Below, one piece after another: positions 27,310 through 37,193 of a stretch of 64,000 bases of DNA. How positions within the stretch are numbered: position 1 is the stretch's first letter; each line of letters opens with the position of its first letter. Under the pieces are notes generated by a model. That model was not told where the DNA came from. It ran no database searches and worked only from the letters and a program-made list of their open reading frames with translations. The translations under genes were made by a program, and so were the position numbers. This DNA is from a bacterium (GTDB lineage Bacteria > Patescibacteriota > Minisyncoccia > UBA6257 > GWB1-50-10), in contig JAUSKB010000011.1 in the NCBI GenBank assembly GCA_030647415.1, forward strand, positions 21,858 to 85,857, given 5' to 3'.

Positions 27310-28295
27310 TCTCCGAGCCTCTGGAAAACACGTAGAGGGGAAATGATAAAAGAAAGAAATTTTTCTTTACAAGAGTAATCACTGAAGAAATCACGAAGTG
27401 CTTTCCATGGCGAACCGGATGCCCGCTTGAGCAACAAATCAAAGAACGTCCCCGCGAGCGTATTGGAGCCTATAAATATCCTCCAGCGGGAAAGGTACTG
27501 GGGTGCGTGGTTCTTATAGAAATAACTGTGTCCAACCTGGTCCATGTGATTGAATTTTATATGGTCGCCAATGGCGCCCCTCGTGAGACCAAAGAACATT
27601 TTCACGGAGTTGCCCTGATGTTCCGTGCTTTCGTAAAATACGTTATCCAGATAATACATAAACTTATAGTCCGCAAGGATAGCCAAAAATATTACGACAT
27701 CCATTATTTTTCCGCCTCTCCGATACGCATTGTCATACCCCCATGTATTGGGAATTATATCCATAAAATGCTTCAGCATATCCCCGCGCCTCACCGTACA
27801 TGCAGTACAAACAATTGCCGGTTTCCTGTAAAAATTACCGAACAAATATGAGGCATCGTAGCGGCCGGGGGGGTGCGTGGTCTCGTTCAAGACGCTGAAT
27901 GTACCATCAGGCTTCGCGAGGTACGTTCGTATCCCGGCACCCACGAACGCAACATCGGGGTACCTCTCAAAAACTCTCATTTTCTCCTCAATGAAGTCGT
28001 CGGTGAGACGGTCATCGCTTCCCAGGTGTTGGACGTACTCACCGGTGGCAAGCTCGAACGTGCGGCCCCAATTGGGGACCATGCCGAGGTTCTTTTCGTT
28101 CCGGTAATACTTGACCCGCGGGTCGCGCGTCGCGTACGCCTTAATGACATCCGGCGTCGAATCGGTGCTCGCATCGTCTACCACTACAATCTCAATATTC
28201 CGATAGGTCTGACGAAGACAAGAATCAATGGATCGTTTGATAAGCTCGGGGCGGTTGTATGCCGGTATGCAGATGGATACTAGTGGGTTTTTCAT
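27291..28295 (-). CDS. GT2 glycosyltransferase.
   Basis: PLVSICIPAYNR, VVVDDASTD and DDR motifs. The ATG at 28295 was verified. Confidence 0.85.
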   Translation of the reverse strand: MKNPLVSICIPAYNRPELIKRSIDSCLRQTYRNIEIVVVDDASTDSTPDVIKAYATRDPRVKYYRNEKNLGMVPNWGRTFELATGEYVQHLGSDDRLTDDFIEEKMRVFERYPDVAFVGAGIRTYLAKPDGTFSVLNETTHPPGRYDASYLFGNFYRKPAIVCTACTVRRGDMLKHFMDIIPNTWGYDNAYRRGGKIMDVVIFLAILADYKFMYYLDNVFYESTEHQGNSVKMFFGLTRGAIGDHIKFNHMDQVGHSYFYKNHAPQYLSRWRIFIGSNTLAGTFFDLLLKRASGSPWKALRDFFSDYSCKEKFLSFIISPLRVFQRLGEWIVRK

Positions 28296-28339
28296 GGGTA
28301 CTATTTGGTTCTTTGTTGCCACTCCGATAACTCGAACGG

Positions 28340-28972
28340 TTAATGCGCCCTTTGTATTATATAATGCCGCTTGTATTGCCTAAGGGTTCGATAGAGATGC
28401 AGGGGGTTCAGGTTGTAGGCGACGCTCCTTATGAACACCGTTCGTTTTAGTTTGCCGTGATCAATCGTACCCCTATAAGCGAGGAGGTCGTCGTAGGACT
28501 TTGGCGTGAGATCAGGGCGGAGGTGATAGTTTTTAAAGGAAAACACCAGGAACCCCATATCCTCAAACTCTTGTGGGGTAAATCCGCACCGATGCGAGAG
28601 ATATGGGTTCTCGTTATCTTCCCGCATGAACCCAGAGGGAGTCCCGATGAGTATGGACTTCGCCATAAAGAGATACTTGGTAATGAGTTTCATGGACTCG
28701 TCTTTGGGAAGATATTCGACGATCTGAAACATACTTACGAAGTCGAAGTATTTATCCGTCGTCCATGTGACAACATCTGCATGTTCAAACTCGAACCCGC
28801 AAGGAAGCATTGGATTCTCGCAGATGTCTATCCCCAACCCCTCTTTGGGGGTGAAACCGATTTGTTCTAAAAATCTCCCGTCTCCGCAGGCGACATCAAG
28901 CCAACCCCGCACGTTCTCACGTTCGAGTATCCATCTCACCACCAAACTTGTAGGAACTCCGTAAATATTCAT
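28340..28972 (-). CDS. Class I SAM-dependent methyltransferase.
   Basis: LDVACGDGRF, motif I. Confidence 0.7.
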   Translation of the reverse strand: MNIYGVPTSLVVRWILERENVRGWLDVACGDGRFLEQIGFTPKEGLGIDICENPMLPCGFEFEHADVVTWTTDKYFDFVSMFQIVEYLPKDESMKLITKYLFMAKSILIGTPSGFMREDNENPYLSHRCGFTPQEFEDMGFLVFSFKNYHLRPDLTPKSYDDLLAYRGTIDHGKLKRTVFIRSVAYNLNPLHLYRTLRQYKRHYIIQRAH

Positions 28973-29070
28973 AGTAAAAATACTTATTCAATATGTGGCC
29001 GCACAAGGGCGAGGAAAAAGAGATGGTCTTCGCCTCGTGAAAAAAGAAGGGGGGCTATCACTCATCCCGC

Positions 29071-30087
29071 TTACGCCTCGAGTGCGCCGAGATGTTCCTG
29101 CATATCCTTCGGTAGCCCCTTAAAATACGCGACTGCGTCTTCTACAACCCGCTTCCTGTCGAATTTCGGTTTCCAACCCAGCTCGTTCATGGCGCGGCTC
29201 GCATCCGGGAATTTGTCGTTCGCCTCCTCGAAGAACGAACCGTAGATCGTCTTTGGGTCAACGTAGACCTTGCCGGCCCCCTTCACACACGCAAGAACGG
29301 TTTCCGCAAGTTCGTTGATAGAACATTTGTTTGCCGGATTTCCGATGTTATACACGTTGCCGTCCTTTCCTTTATCCATGGTGAGAACGATCGAGTCCAC
29401 AATATCCTCGACGTGTGTGAACGCGCGAAGCGCGGTTCCATCCCCGAATATCGTGAGCGGTTTGCCGGAGATCGCCTGCGCGACAAAACGAGCGAGTACG
29501 AATCCCCCCTTTCCTGATTGTCGGGGCCCTGCGACATTGAATGGCCGCACGATCTTCGCATGAACCCCTTTCACGTCGGCGGTGTTCAGGAGCGCTATCT
29601 CCGCCGCCAATTTTCCTGCGGAATATTCCAAACGGGCGGAATGTTTTGCCTTCACAATCCTCGGCATCTCCTCGGAACACAGCCCTTCCTGTCCCCCTCC
29701 ATAGATCTCACTTGTTGATACATCGAGAAGTTTCGCGTCGTTCTTGAGCGCCATTTTGGTGAGTAAGAACGAATCGGAAACGATCTCATGTGCTATCTCA
29801 CCCGCTCGCGGGATGACGCCCGCCGGCCCGACGATTGACGCAAGGTGGTATATCTCCGAAAAAACGGATGTATCGACGTCCGGTTTCGTGCAAAAATCGT
29901 TCACCGAAGCAATCGTGTACGAAAGATTTTTTGGTTTTCCGAGCTCCTCCAAAAGAAATTCGAGCGGCAACGGGCTCGAAGAAAGATTATCCACGACGTG
30001 GACGTGGTTATCTTTTTCTTCAAGCAAACGCTCAATGAGATGGCTTCCAATAAAGCCGAATCCGCCGGTAACAAGGATGTTCTTCAT
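29071..30087 (-). CDS. NAD-dependent epimerase/dehydratase (extended SDR).
   Basis: TGGFGFIGSH and YSAGK, the catalytic Y..K. Confidence 0.85.
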   Translation of the reverse strand: MKNILVTGGFGFIGSHLIERLLEEKDNHVHVVDNLSSSPLPLEFLLEELGKPKNLSYTIASVNDFCTKPDVDTSVFSEIYHLASIVGPAGVIPRAGEIAHEIVSDSFLLTKMALKNDAKLLDVSTSEIYGGGQEGLCSEEMPRIVKAKHSARLEYSAGKLAAEIALLNTADVKGVHAKIVRPFNVAGPRQSGKGGFVLARFVAQAISGKPLTIFGDGTALRAFTHVEDIVDSIVLTMDKGKDGNVYNIGNPANKCSINELAETVLACVKGAGKVYVDPKTIYGSFFEEANDKFPDASRAMNELGWKPKFDRKRVVEDAVAYFKGLPKDMQEHLGALEA

Positions 30088-30137
30088 GGTTTTGAGCTTA
30101 CCTTACTATTTTAAAAAATCAAGGAAAAACGGCTGGA

Positions 30138-30878
30138 TCACTCTTCCTTTTTTAGATATTCCTCCACTTCGCGATACCGCTCCGGCGTGCCAATATCTTT
30201 GCGGAACTCGCCCGGCTGAAGCTTGTATGCAAAGTAGCTGTACCCGCGGCGTAAAAGATCGGGCACAAGCTGGTGGTCAATTTCGTAATACGTCTTGGGT
30301 GGAATGTACTGCAAGATCTTCTTTGAAAAAATATACGGCGCAGACATTCCCCAGTAATCTTTCGGGAGTTCCTTGTGCGGCCTTAAAAGAAGCCGAACCA
30401 CGTTGCCGTCGCTATCCAAGATCGCCAGGTCGGAATCATGCGGATGGTCGGTGCGTCGCGCCGTACCTATGCCAATTGCGCCTTTTTTTAAAGAATAAAA
30501 GTCAATTAAATTCTCATAATCAATCCCATAAAATGTATCTGCGTAGAGCACAAAAAAAAGTTCACCGAGCATCCCGTCGAAATCTTTAATTCCTCCCGCG
30601 GTCCCCAAAATTTCAGGGCTTTCAAGCGCATAGATAATTTTGACACCCCATTTTGATCCATCTCCGAAATAACCCTGGATCACGTCTGGTAGGTAATGTA
30701 AATTAACAAAAAATTCACTGACCCCGTATTTTTTAAGCGTCTCAATGTGCCACTCAAGAAGCGGCTTGCCCAAAAGCGGGACCATTACTTTCGGGATGTT
30801 CATGTTCTCGGTCAGAGCCCGCATTCGCGTGCCAAACCCGGCCGAAAGCAATACTGCTTGGATGATTTTATTTTGCAT
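30138..30878 (-). CDS. hddC: Sugar-1-phosphate nucleotidyltransferase, probably D-glycero-alpha-D-manno-heptose-1-phosphate guanylyltransferase.
   Basis: AVLLSAGFGTRMRALT..PKVMVPLLGKP. It is adjacent to gmhB, gmhA and hddA. ATG at 30878. Confidence 0.7.
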   Translation of the reverse strand: MQNKIIQAVLLSAGFGTRMRALTENMNIPKVMVPLLGKPLLEWHIETLKKYGVSEFFVNLHYLPDVIQGYFGDGSKWGVKIIYALESPEILGTAGGIKDFDGMLGELFFVLYADTFYGIDYENLIDFYSLKKGAIGIGTARRTDHPHDSDLAILDSDGNVVRLLLRPHKELPKDYWGMSAPYIFSKKILQYIPPKTYYEIDHQLVPDLLRRGYSYFAYKLQPGEFRKDIGTPERYREVEEYLKKEE

Positions 30879-31422
30879 GTCGTGTGATGATACGAACGGC
30901 TGCCTGCAAATTGCGGGCGACAAAATCCGGTTTTGCGCCGTAGTCGATATCCTTTCCTCCGTACCCGGTCGCGACGAGTATCGTCCTCACGCCTGCCTTC
31001 TTGCCGGCCGCGACATCACGGCCGCTATCGCCGATCACCCACGAGGCCCGCGGATCGATCCCAAACTCGCGAACCGCTTTCTGAATCATGCCGATGCCCG
31101 GCTTCCTGCAACGACATCTGATGCGGTACTTTTTAAGATTTGCATTCGGGTGATGTGGACAGTAATAGATGGCATCGATTTTTGCACCGCGCTTTGCAAG
31201 CCGGCGGATAAGGACATCATGGATATATTCAACTTCTTTCTCGGTAAGCCATCCGCGAGCAATGACCGGCTGGTTGGTAATCACAACCACTAACAACCGC
31301 AGCTGGTTTAATTTTTTTATTGCTTTTGCCGCTCCGGGCAAAAGACGAAGCTGCCGGACATCCCGCAAGACATTGACCTCACGGTTAATGGTCCCGTCGC
31401 GGTCAAGAAAAACGGCTTTCAT
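30868..31422 (-). CDS. gmhB: D,D-heptose 1,7-bisphosphate phosphatase (HAD IIIA).
   Basis: FLDRDGTIN and a Zn-binding C.H...C.C motif (CPHHPNANLKKYRIRCRCRKP). Confidence 0.8.
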   Translation of the reverse strand: MKAVFLDRDGTINREVNVLRDVRQLRLLPGAAKAIKKLNQLRLLVVVITNQPVIARGWLTEKEVEYIHDVLIRRLAKRGAKIDAIYYCPHHPNANLKKYRIRCRCRKPGIGMIQKAVREFGIDPRASWVIGDSGRDVAAGKKAGVRTILVATGYGGKDIDYGAKPDFVARNLQAAVRIITRHAK

Positions 31423-32018
31423 TAGGGATGCTCAACTAAATGGTTAAAATATTCCTTAAAGTACCTCGTCATTAGATGCATAATCGTGTCGTGCGTGCTC
31501 TCGACGATTTCATAGTCACCTTTTGGTGTCGGAACGAGAATTTTTACATCCGCAAGCTCATTCAGCTTTCCCCCGTCAAATCCGGAAAGTCCGATCACCG
31601 GCACTTTGTGCCTTTTTGCGACCTCAACGGCTTTAATGATATTCGGTGAATTCCCGGAACTTGAGATTGCAATCACCACATCCGTATCTTCAAGTACGTT
31701 CTCAAGCGGCCTCGCAAAGATCATATCGTAGCCCACGTCATTCGCCCATGCGGTGAGCTCCTCTGCGCTTGAGGGAATACGGCTCACCCGAAACCGCCTG
31801 CTGTGCTCTTCCAGGTGGTGACTGAAGATTGTCTTGTTAAAATCCGTCACCCAGTGCCCGGCAATCGCCCACGAACCGCCGTTGCCAAATACGTATACGC
31901 GGCCGTTCCGTTCATAGACAGCTTGTAAAATATTAAGCGCCTTCGCAACCTCTTTATGAGGCATGCTCTGGATCGCCTCGATGGACCTTTTCGAAAACTC
32001 GTCGATGAATTCTTTCAT
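31422..32018 (-). CDS. gmhA: Phosphoheptose isomerase (SIS domain).
   Basis: VFGNGGSWAIAGH, about 199 aa from the internal ATG at 32018. The track start is an upstream TTG. Confidence 0.8.
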   Translation of the reverse strand: MKEFIDEFSKRSIEAIQSMPHKEVAKALNILQAVYERNGRVYVFGNGGSWAIAGHWVTDFNKTIFSHHLEEHSRRFRVSRIPSSAEELTAWANDVGYDMIFARPLENVLEDTDVVIAISSSGNSPNIIKAVEVAKRHKVPVIGLSGFDGGKLNELADVKILVPTPKGDYEIVESTHDTIMHLMTRYFKEYFNHLVEHP

Positions 32019-32049
32019 TTCGTGGTCGTGATTACTATTGTGGTGCGCG

Positions 32050-33057
32050 CTACTTCGTATCCCCGTTAAACAAAATCTCTGCGCCCGACTGTACGAACCG
32101 TACCGGAATCTCTTGAAAGTCGGTAAGATTATTGGCTGCCGCAACTCTCTTGACTGCTTCCCGCACTGCCGTTTTCTTATCCTCGGGCGCAAGGAACATC
32201 ACACATCCGCCGCCGCCTGCACCTGCAATCTTCCCGCCCCATGCGCCCGCGTTCATACCGGCATCATACAACCCATCAATTACGCCGCTTGAAATGTTCG
32301 AGGCTAAGCTCTTTTTCTTAAGCCATCCCTCGTGTAGCATGGTGCCCAGCCCCCTGAAGTCGCCTTGAACCAACCGCGACCTAAACTCCGGCACCGAATC
32401 CGCCATCTGTTTCAACGTTTCGAATTTTTTATTAATATTTGCTTTCTGCTCGGTCAAAATGCTCGAGGCGTGGCGTGTGATACCCGTAAAGAAAACGAGG
32501 GTGTGACTTTCAAGACCGAGCCGTTTTTTGTAATCCAATAGCACCGGTTCAACGGTCACCGTATCGTCAGGATTAAATTTAATCACGTTAAAGCCCCCAA
32601 ACGCAGCTGCGTATTGATCCTGCCTGCCGATCGGTTCGCCCACAAGTTCAATCTCGAGCCGCGACGCGGCCTCAGCAGCTTCGCCTTTATCGATTTTCTT
32701 TCCAACATATGCATTGAGCCCCTTCATGAGCGCGACGGAAAAACTCGACGACGAGCCGAGTCCGGTTTTTGCTGGAAGATGCGCAAAAGAAGCGATCTCA
32801 ATGTTCTTTTGAATCCCCATGTCAATGAGCGCCGCCTTGATCCGCGTATGCTTCAACTCGTCCGCAAAATCAACGGTTTCAGAAACTGAATACCGTGCAG
32901 AAACCTTATGAATCAGCGGCGTGCGGTTAATTACGACGTAGACGAATTTGTCGATGGCAGTCGAAATCACGCTTCCGGGATAGCGGTGATAAAAATCGGC
33001 GAGATCGGTTCCTCCTCCCACAAAGCTGATGCGAAGCGGCGCGCGCGAAATAATCAT
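32050..33057 (-). CDS. hddA: GHMP-family kinase, D-glycero-alpha-D-manno-heptose 7-phosphate kinase.
   Basis: PAKTGLGSSSSFSVAL (GHMP motif) and the gene context. Confidence 0.75.
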   Translation of the reverse strand: MIISRAPLRISFVGGGTDLADFYHRYPGSVISTAIDKFVYVVINRTPLIHKVSARYSVSETVDFADELKHTRIKAALIDMGIQKNIEIASFAHLPAKTGLGSSSSFSVALMKGLNAYVGKKIDKGEAAEAASRLEIELVGEPIGRQDQYAAAFGGFNVIKFNPDDTVTVEPVLLDYKKRLGLESHTLVFFTGITRHASSILTEQKANINKKFETLKQMADSVPEFRSRLVQGDFRGLGTMLHEGWLKKKSLASNISSGVIDGLYDAGMNAGAWGGKIAGAGGGGCVMFLAPEDKKTAVREAVKRVAAANNLTDFQEIPVRFVQSGAEILFNGDTK

Positions 33058-33140
33058 TACAATAGCAGAGTACAAAAACCGCGGCTGGGCGTCAATGTTG
33101 GACCACTGCCGCACTGCAAACAAGTAGAATTCGCACGCTC

Positions 33141-34259
33141 TTAACCGACAACACCCAAATCCTTCAACTTTTTCGCCGTATGCCGGACAAATCCAAGATC
33201 AAACTTCTCGGTCTTTATCCATCGCATGTAATCTCGGATCGCTTTTTCGGGTCGGTAGCGAGGCCGCCAACCGAGTCCTTTGAGTTTCGAAATATCGGAA
33301 ACCGCGTGGCGCGTATCGGTCCTCCTGAATCCCCCTACAACGATCGGCGAGGGCGTTCCGGTGATGTGTTTGACCATCTTTGCAAAATCGAGGACGCGGT
33401 ACCCTTTTCCGCAACCCACGTTAAAGATCTGATAATCGGCTTTTTTGTTCTGCATGACAAGCATATTCGCGGCGACAACGTCGGCAACATTCACAAAATC
33501 CCGAAGCTGCTTCCCGTCCTCATACACCGTGATGGGAAGCCCTGCGAGCGCTTGTGTTACGAAAATGCGGAGCGCCCCGGAATACGCGTTCAGCGGAGAC
33601 TGGCGAGGGCCTTGGACGATCGAGTATCGAAGCGCTACCGTCGGGATGGTGTGTGTTTTGCCAAAACGGAATGCCAACTGCTCAAGCGCTATCTTTGAAA
33701 GGCTGTACGCGTTCGGAGGAGAGGCAAGCTGGTTTTCGCGGAACGGAAAGAACTTCGCGGGCTTTCCGTGCTCGCATAAAATCGGCCACGTCGCTTTTTC
33801 CTTTTGCGCGGCAGGACGAAGTTCCGGATAAAAAATCTTCCCCGAATGGCGGCATTGGTACTTCCCGTCCCCGTACACAAACTGGGAGCTGGCGAGCACG
33901 ATTTTTTTTACCGGAAATCTTTTCTCGGCGATCACTTCGTACATCATCGCCGTCCCAGCTGTGTTGATGTGGAAAAAAGTGCTGAAGTCCGGCAATTGAT
34001 CCTGATATGCCGCCAGGTGAAACACATAGTCAATCCCTTGTAGCGCCCTCACCCAATCTTTTTTGTTTCGAACATCGCCCTTGATCAGTTCGAACCCCTT
34101 GCCCAGCACATACTTCGGCCATCGATCCGTATGCACCGGTTTTAAGAGGCAGTCCAAAATCCGCGCCGTGTATCCTTTGGCTTTAAGCGCGTCAGCGGTG
34201 TGACTTCCGATAAACCCCGCACCACCGGTAATTAAAACCTTTTGCTTTTGGTTATTCAT
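33141..34259 (-). CDS. NAD-dependent epimerase/dehydratase (extended SDR).
   Basis: VLITGGAGFIGSH and YSLSK. Confidence 0.85.
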   Translation of the reverse strand: MNNQKQKVLITGGAGFIGSHTADALKAKGYTARILDCLLKPVHTDRWPKYVLGKGFELIKGDVRNKKDWVRALQGIDYVFHLAAYQDQLPDFSTFFHINTAGTAMMYEVIAEKRFPVKKIVLASSQFVYGDGKYQCRHSGKIFYPELRPAAQKEKATWPILCEHGKPAKFFPFRENQLASPPNAYSLSKIALEQLAFRFGKTHTIPTVALRYSIVQGPRQSPLNAYSGALRIFVTQALAGLPITVYEDGKQLRDFVNVADVVAANMLVMQNKKADYQIFNVGCGKGYRVLDFAKMVKHITGTPSPIVVGGFRRTDTRHAVSDISKLKGLGWRPRYRPEKAIRDYMRWIKTEKFDLGFVRHTAKKLKDLGVVG

Positions 34260-34299
34260 GCCAGAGAAGATGCAAACTATGCAGGTGGTGCGGGGTGAA

Positions 34300-34329
34300 T
34301 CACGCGCCGCCGGTAATTAAAACCCGCAT
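34300..34329 (-). pseudogene. A 5' stub duplicating the start of the downstream epimerase gene (MRVLITGGA, then stop).
   Basis: Decoded codon by codon. It shares gttttaattaccggYggYgcg with the gene start at 34221-34245 and lies 40 nt upstream of the real ATG. Confidence 0.4.
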
Positions 34330-34365
34330 AGTGTGTTCACAATGAGTTTACCGTTCCGCACATTT

Positions 34366-35571
34366 TTATGGAATACTGAACTCTCGACGGAGTACCCCCA
34401 ACAATCGCACAGTAAAAGCTTCTCGCGAAAGCTCCTTTTGCGCTCGCTCTGCCGCCGCCAAGCCCATCCTCTCTCGCAACCGAACGTCCGTTGTAAGACG
34501 CACGAGCGCGTTAGCGAAACCTCTCGTATCATCGCTCGGGAGAAGGATGCCCGCGTCTCCCACGACCTCCGGCAGTGAACCTTCTCCGTACGCCACCGTC
34601 GGCAATCCCGCCGCCATACCCTCTATTACCGTGTAACCGAATGTTTCCGATTCGGAAGTGCTGATGGCGATATCAGAAGCGGAGTAAAACTCGCGTACCT
34701 CATGGGATTTAACCTCGCCAATCCGTAGGCAGCGGCCACGAAACTCATCGCTCTCTGCGAGCTCGTCGAGCGGCGCTGCAGCAATACCTCGGCCCACGAA
34801 CAGAAATTTGGCATTCGCCTTCGGCAGCGAATCGTAATACTGGCGCACAATGGCTGGTACGCGGTCCGCTCTCTTTTTTGGGGCAAAATTTGAAATGTAC
34901 GTTATGAGCACCTCATCTCTATCCAACCCCAAAGCCCGCCGCCGCTGAACGCGCGCTTCTTCATCCCGACGGTACCCCGCCACATCTGTCGGCTGATAAA
35001 TCACGTAGGACTCCAACTCTTTGGGGTCTATCTTGCGTTCCGCAGCCAACTCCGTGAGGGTGTAACGAGAGTTGATAAGGGGGATACCGGTCTCCCGGCG
35101 CAGTAACCCCAGCTGCATACGACCTAAAAACGGCTTCTGCCACAAGAGTACTTCTAAACTTGAGCGTGGATGCCGTAAAAGATGACCTAGGCCAAAATGC
35201 CAACCTGCTTCGGGCCCGATAAATAAGCACGCCACTGGCGCCTTCGGCAACCACGAAAAACACGTTAGGGGCTGGTCAGATATATACAAATCCTGCGGCG
35301 GCATTTTCTTGAGTCGGCTTCTGATCTTGAGCGCCCAAGGAATTCCAGATTCAGCCAGACTTACAAAACTGCGCCAAGGCAAGTCTATATACTGCACCTT
35401 CGGAGAACCTATCGGCGGCGTGCCCGTTTCACCCTTATATCGTACCGCAAAAACAGTTAAGTTAATGGGCAACGCGTCCAGTATGTGGAAAAATTCTTTC
35501 CCGCAATGTATCGCCCCGCCTGTCGCTCTCCCTTCGTATCCAAAATCCGTGATTAAGGTTACGTTCTTCAT
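34366..35571 (-). CDS. GT4 glycosyltransferase.
   Basis: ESETFGYTVIEGMAAGLP. Confidence 0.85.
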   Translation of the reverse strand: MKNVTLITDFGYEGRATGGAIHCGKEFFHILDALPINLTVFAVRYKGETGTPPIGSPKVQYIDLPWRSFVSLAESGIPWALKIRSRLKKMPPQDLYISDQPLTCFSWLPKAPVACLFIGPEAGWHFGLGHLLRHPRSSLEVLLWQKPFLGRMQLGLLRRETGIPLINSRYTLTELAAERKIDPKELESYVIYQPTDVAGYRRDEEARVQRRRALGLDRDEVLITYISNFAPKKRADRVPAIVRQYYDSLPKANAKFLFVGRGIAAAPLDELAESDEFRGRCLRIGEVKSHEVREFYSASDIAISTSESETFGYTVIEGMAAGLPTVAYGEGSLPEVVGDAGILLPSDDTRGFANALVRLTTDVRLRERMGLAAAERAQKELSREAFTVRLLGVLRREFSIP

Positions 35572-35577
35572 GGAAGA

Positions 35578-36192
35578 TTATTTCCTTGCTATCCCGATGA
35601 TGTGTTCTCCTGTATAAAACGCCCCCTTCCAAAACCGCCACGCCTTTATCCTCCCGAGGCCCCTAAAACAGCCATGGCTTTTGACTAGTACGCTATCAAA
35701 ATCTGCCCGGCGCAACGCTCGCGCGATGCTTTGTCTTGTGTACGGATGAATGTGCGTTGGGTCATCATAAAATTCGCTCGGGTGTTTCTTCCAATCGGGA
35801 ACCATGATGAAAAGTGTACCCCCTGCACGCAAAATCCGATACGCTTCATCCAAAAGATGAAATGGGCTTGGAAGATGCTCGAGGATATGCGAACAATTAA
35901 CTATGTCAAAAGAACCATCCTGGAACGGAAATGTATCTTTGGTCGCATCGAATCTCGTAAAATCAATTCCGTTTTCTTTAAATATCGCTTCCGCAGTGTT
36001 TTCGATATCGGCAGTGAAAAGGTTTTTATACCCAAGTTCTTTCAGAACTATCAAAAAATCGCCATAACCAGACCCCACGTCCATTATTTTTGCCTCTTTT
36101 GAGGGAAAATATTCCTGGGCCTGATACGAGGTGAAAACCCGCATGAATTCACTCACCGGCACGGGAGTGCCATCTGGAAAATATTTTTGCAT
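35578..36192 (-). CDS. Class I SAM-dependent methyltransferase (Methyltransf_11-like).
   Basis: IMDVGSGYGDF ... LRAGGTLFI. Confidence 0.8.
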   Translation of the reverse strand: MQKYFPDGTPVPVSEFMRVFTSYQAQEYFPSKEAKIMDVGSGYGDFLIVLKELGYKNLFTADIENTAEAIFKENGIDFTRFDATKDTFPFQDGSFDIVNCSHILEHLPSPFHLLDEAYRILRAGGTLFIMVPDWKKHPSEFYDDPTHIHPYTRQSIARALRRADFDSVLVKSHGCFRGLGRIKAWRFWKGAFYTGEHIIGIARK

Positions 36193-36198
36193 ATTTTC

Positions 36199-37149
36199 TT
36201 ATATGACCGCACTCAATGCGGGCGGCTTGTAGGTGCGATTGAGCCGTTTTATGTAGAACCACCCCTGCCATTCACCAACACACCGAGCGAGCCGGTGCAA
36301 AAAGTATGCGTAGTAGAGCGGGAAAAAGTCGCGGCCCGGGTGGTCAAGATACTTCGCGAGCTTTCCCGTTTCCACGAGTGCCGGCACGATGAGCACAAAA
36401 TGAAAGAAGGTCAGCGTGGACTTAACAACGAACTTGACGAACAGGTAAAGCGGGGTCCGGCGGAAAAGGAAGTATGGCTGGAAAGCTGACCAGCGCCCCC
36501 GCTCTTTTTGCACCCTCCAGTACTCATTAAAATTATCGGGCGAAATGTGGCCGACAATGATGGAACGGTCGATCATTTTCTTACACCCTTGTGCCTCCAT
36601 TTTTTTCACGAGCGTCCAATCGCGGCAAATATTCACCGGGTAATCCGCGCCCGAGATGCCGCCCACCGCAAGCGCCGCATCCCGCCGTACGGAATACCCC
36701 TGGGTGGTGTAGGGGTTGTAGCCGGGCTTGTTCGCCACAATCAGGTGTTGTACCTGGACAAAGCGTGAGTAGATCGAATCAAGATTCGAGGACGACTCCA
36801 CCATCACGTAGTCATACCCCTTTTCGTAGTATGGAAGTATCTTCTCCAAGTAGTGGGGCTCAAGCTTCGTGTCCGCAGTCAAAAAAACAATGACGTCGCC
36901 CGTCGCCTTCTGCATAGCCACATTCCTCGCCTGGCAGCATCCATGCCCCGGCCCGTCGATAAGGATCACGCCCCGGTCCTTATATTCGCGGATAATATCT
37001 TTCGTGCGGTCCGTGGAGTCATCGGCAAAAATAATCTCCTTGTACGGGTAGGTTTGCTCGAGGGCGGTTTCGATGGTAACGCGAACATCCTTCTCCTCGT
37101 TCTTACTTGCGCAGAGAAGGGTGAACTTGATCGGGTGATTCGTTGGCAT
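36199..37149 (-). CDS. GT2 glycosyltransferase.
   Basis: FTLLCASKNEE..., IFADDSTD, and a C-terminal TM region. Confidence 0.8.
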   Translation of the reverse strand: MPTNHPIKFTLLCASKNEEKDVRVTIETALEQTYPYKEIIFADDSTDRTKDIIREYKDRGVILIDGPGHGCCQARNVAMQKATGDVIVFLTADTKLEPHYLEKILPYYEKGYDYVMVESSSNLDSIYSRFVQVQHLIVANKPGYNPYTTQGYSVRRDAALAVGGISGADYPVNICRDWTLVKKMEAQGCKKMIDRSIIVGHISPDNFNEYWRVQKERGRWSAFQPYFLFRRTPLYLFVKFVVKSTLTFFHFVLIVPALVETGKLAKYLDHPGRDFFPLYYAYFLHRLARCVGEWQGWFYIKRLNRTYKPPALSAVI

Positions 37150-37193
37150 ATTAAAAGGATATCAAAATCTATTTTTGGTGTCTACCGGCCGTA

